A stretch of DNA of 46,065 bases. Origin: Comamonadaceae bacterium (GTDB taxonomy: Bacteria > Pseudomonadota > Gammaproteobacteria > Burkholderiales > Burkholderiaceae_C). The stretch lies in contig CANNEW010000001.1 in assembly GCA_947503685.1 (NCBI GenBank), forward strand, positions 1-46,065. Reading direction: 5' to 3'. Of this stretch, positions 44,158 to 46,065 are shown piece by piece. Below the pieces are notes generated by a model that saw nothing but the letters and a program-made list of their open reading frames with translations, was not told the origin of the DNA and searched no databases. The position numbers were made by a program, and so were the translations under genes. The number at the start of each line of letters is the position of its first letter. Position 1 is the stretch's first letter.

Positions 44158-44191
44158 ATGTCACCGAATTGAAATATGAAAACACAACACT
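44158..44191 (+). promoter_or_regulatory. Weaker Pho box + -10 of the porin gene
   Basis: ATGTCAC-CGAA-TTGAAAT (44158-44175), 10-bp spacer, AACACT (44186-44191). The second half-site and the -10 are degenerate. Confidence 0.5.
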
Positions 44192-44257
44192 AGGAAGGTC
44201 AATTCAAGCATTTTTGAATTTTGGCAATAAGTTCAAACCCTAACTGAAAGAGTATTT

Positions 44258-45334
44258 ATGACTATGACTGCCCAGAAAACTGCCATGGCACTGGCCACCG
44301 GCTTGCTGCTCGCTAGCTCTGCGATTGCCCAAACAGCACCCACCGTGACCTTGTATGGTCGCATAGACCTCGGCCTTGAGAGCGTAAACGACGGCACTTT
44401 GACAAAAACCATGTTGCAAAACTACGCTTCGCGCATCGGCTTCAAAGGTGAGCGCGGGTTTAGCGGCGATTTGGCTGGCGTTTTTCAAGTGGAAACCGGT
44501 GTTGCACCAGACGACACATCCCAAAGCAAAGCCTTTGCAAATCGGAATAGCTTTGTTGGATTGAAAAGCAAATCCATGGGTACATTTTTGGTCGGCACAT
44601 ACGACAGCCCACTAAAAAGCTTGGATGCCGGCGGCTATGCAGGCACCTTGTACGGCGAGGGCGAGGCCATGGAAGTCATCATTCACGGCAAAGGTACGAG
44701 AACTGCCGGAAGCAACTTCGACAACGTGCACACTCGCCAAACCAACAACCTGGTTTACCTCAGCCCGAAATTTGCCGATATGGTGGTGAAGGCCTCCTAC
44801 GCGCCCGACGAGGGACAAACCGCGACTACGAATCAGCCTCTGTACGCAGCCTCTTTGGAGTGGAACAACGGCACTTACAACGCCGGTATCGCTACCCAAT
44901 CCAAAGCAGTTTCAACTGCTGCCTTTGGCATGACCGCTACTAAATTCAGCTTGGGCGCCAAGATGGATGCCTTGAGCGGTGCGATCGTTTTCAGCACCTT
45001 GGAAAACCAGGCGCCCATCGCAACCAACGTACGCAAGACCACGAACACGCTGTTTGTGGTGAACTATGTGGACGGCGCTATGACCTACAAATTCAACTAC
45101 GGCATGTCTGGCGAGTCCGCTTCCAATGCTGCAGACGATTTGACCATGATGGCCCTGGAAGCGGCTTATGCTTTGGACAAGCAAACCATTCTTTATGGCG
45201 GCTACGCGCAGATCACCAACAACACGAAAGCACGCGGAACCTTTGTCGGCGCCGATAACTTTCCCTCAATCCCAGCAACTGCAGCTGGTTCCGACCCAAC
45301 AGCCATTACCTTCGGTCTTCGCTACAACTTCTAA
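44258..45334 (+). CDS. Betaproteobacterial trimeric porin (Omp32/Neisseria-type, Porin_4-like)
   Basis: Signal peptide (AIA/Q), VTLYGRID, SRIGFKG, FQVETG, NRNSFVGL, Y.LDK.T.LYG.Y and C-terminal GLRYNF. Confidence 0.92.
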   Translation: MTMTAQKTAMALATGLLLASSAIAQTAPTVTLYGRIDLGLESVNDGTLTKTMLQNYASRIGFKGERGFSGDLAGVFQVETGVAPDDTSQSKAFANRNSFVGLKSKSMGTFLVGTYDSPLKSLDAGGYAGTLYGEGEAMEVIIHGKGTRTAGSNFDNVHTRQTNNLVYLSPKFADMVVKASYAPDEGQTATTNQPLYAASLEWNNGTYNAGIATQSKAVSTAAFGMTATKFSLGAKMDALSGAIVFSTLENQAPIATNVRKTTNTLFVVNYVDGAMTYKFNYGMSGESASNAADDLTMMALEAAYALDKQTILYGGYAQITNNTKARGTFVGADNFPSIPATAAGSDPTAITFGLRYNF

Positions 45335-45422
45335 GCACACTGAGCGTCTGATTTTTGATGCTGGGATGCGCTTTTTGAGCGCATTTCAGCGACATCGGAA
45401 ATTTGGTCTGGTGTATGAAGAT

Positions 45423-45455
45423 AAAAATGGCCACCTTCGGGTGGCCATTTTTTTT
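45423..45455. terminator. Bidirectional rho-independent terminator
   Basis: AAAAATGGCCACC-TTCG-GGTGGCCATTTTTTTT: perfect stem with a C(UUCG)G tetraloop, T8 on + and T5 on -, between the convergent porin and GNAT genes. Confidence 0.93.
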
Positions 45456-45497
45456 GGCGGCTACTGCTAGCGTAATGCAGCGGCTTGGGGCATTGGC

Positions 45498-46016
45498 TTA
45501 GCTAAGCGCATCCAGCCACATTTGTAAAAATTGCGCCGTCCCTGCCTCGGGGTCTAGCTGATAGGCATCAAAGCCCAGTTTGGCGTAGGTGCGCAAGGCC
45601 TTCTGGTTACCCGAGAGCACTTCCAAGGTCATCTTGCATGCACCGCGCTCACGGGCTATTTGCATTACGGCCTCCAACATCGCACCAGCCACTCCGTGCC
45701 CGCGCCAATCGGGCAGCACGATCACATCGTGGACGTTGACCAAGGGTTTGGCCGCAAAGGTGGAAAAACCTTCTATGCAATTGACCAGCCCCACCGGCGT
45801 CTGGGCTGCATCCTGCGCCAAAGCCAGCACGCTAAAGGCCTGCGCACGCGCGGCCAAGCCCGCGACCACATGGGTTTTCGCGTAATCGCTGAGTCCCGCG
45901 CCGCCGCCCATCGGGTCATGGGCGTAGGCATCGAGCAAGGCCACCAAGGCTTGTGCATGCGCCGGGTCCGCGTAGTCCACGCGACAAACGCGGATTGGTT
46001 CGTTTTGCTGGGTCAT
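45498..46016 (-). CDS. GNAT family N-acetyltransferase
   Basis: NVHDVIV..WRGHGVA (acetyl-CoA motif A) and LEVLSGN..A...Y.KLGF. Confidence 0.88.
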   Translation of the reverse strand: MTQQNEPIRVCRVDYADPAHAQALVALLDAYAHDPMGGGAGLSDYAKTHVVAGLAARAQAFSVLALAQDAAQTPVGLVNCIEGFSTFAAKPLVNVHDVIVLPDWRGHGVAGAMLEAVMQIARERGACKMTLEVLSGNQKALRTYAKLGFDAYQLDPEAGTAQFLQMWLDALS

Positions 46017-46065
46017 TGCAGCGTCTGGGCAATACGCTCTGCACTGGCCTTGGCATTGGCCGCAT

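Noticed and set aside
45498-46016. GNAT gene as part of the phosphorus module (e.g. a PhnO-like role)
   Set aside because: It is convergent and separated by a strong bidirectional terminator, its promoter is mostly outside the window, and no phn genes are present.

Overview
This window is core-genome DNA from a betaproteobacterium. Gene content, gene order and protein signatures fit Comamonadaceae (inference, not a database result). Bases 1 to about 31,150 are housekeeping genes: trpF'BA-accD, yggT, lysS, an M48/YgjP protein, metC, the long minus-strand run ndk-rlmN-pilW-rodZ-ispG-hisS-yfgM-bamB-der-hfq-hflX-hflK-hflC-hisZ-purA-PRTase, then rluD-scpB-rluB, bamD, a DinG/YoaA helicase and zapE. 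Bases 31,231-45,455 form a phosphorus block with pstSCAB-phoU-phoB-phoR, ppx, sixA and ppk1, plus three non-canonical genes: a FAS1 (fasciclin) lipoprotein, a secreted calcineurin-like metallophosphoesterase with altered metal ligands, and an Omp32-type porin. The main observation is four Pho-box-like 7-4-7 direct repeats in two back-to-back divergent pairs, pstS/fasciclin (54 bp apart) and phosphoesterase/porin (55 bp apart). Each lies exactly 10 bp upstream of a -10-like hexamer. This suggests an extended PhoB regulon with a possibly undescribed porin + periplasmic phosphoesterase + surface lipoprotein module for scavenging phosphorus. I found no rRNA, tRNA, CRISPR array or mobile element. 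All calls come from motif recognition by eye, and no searches were run.
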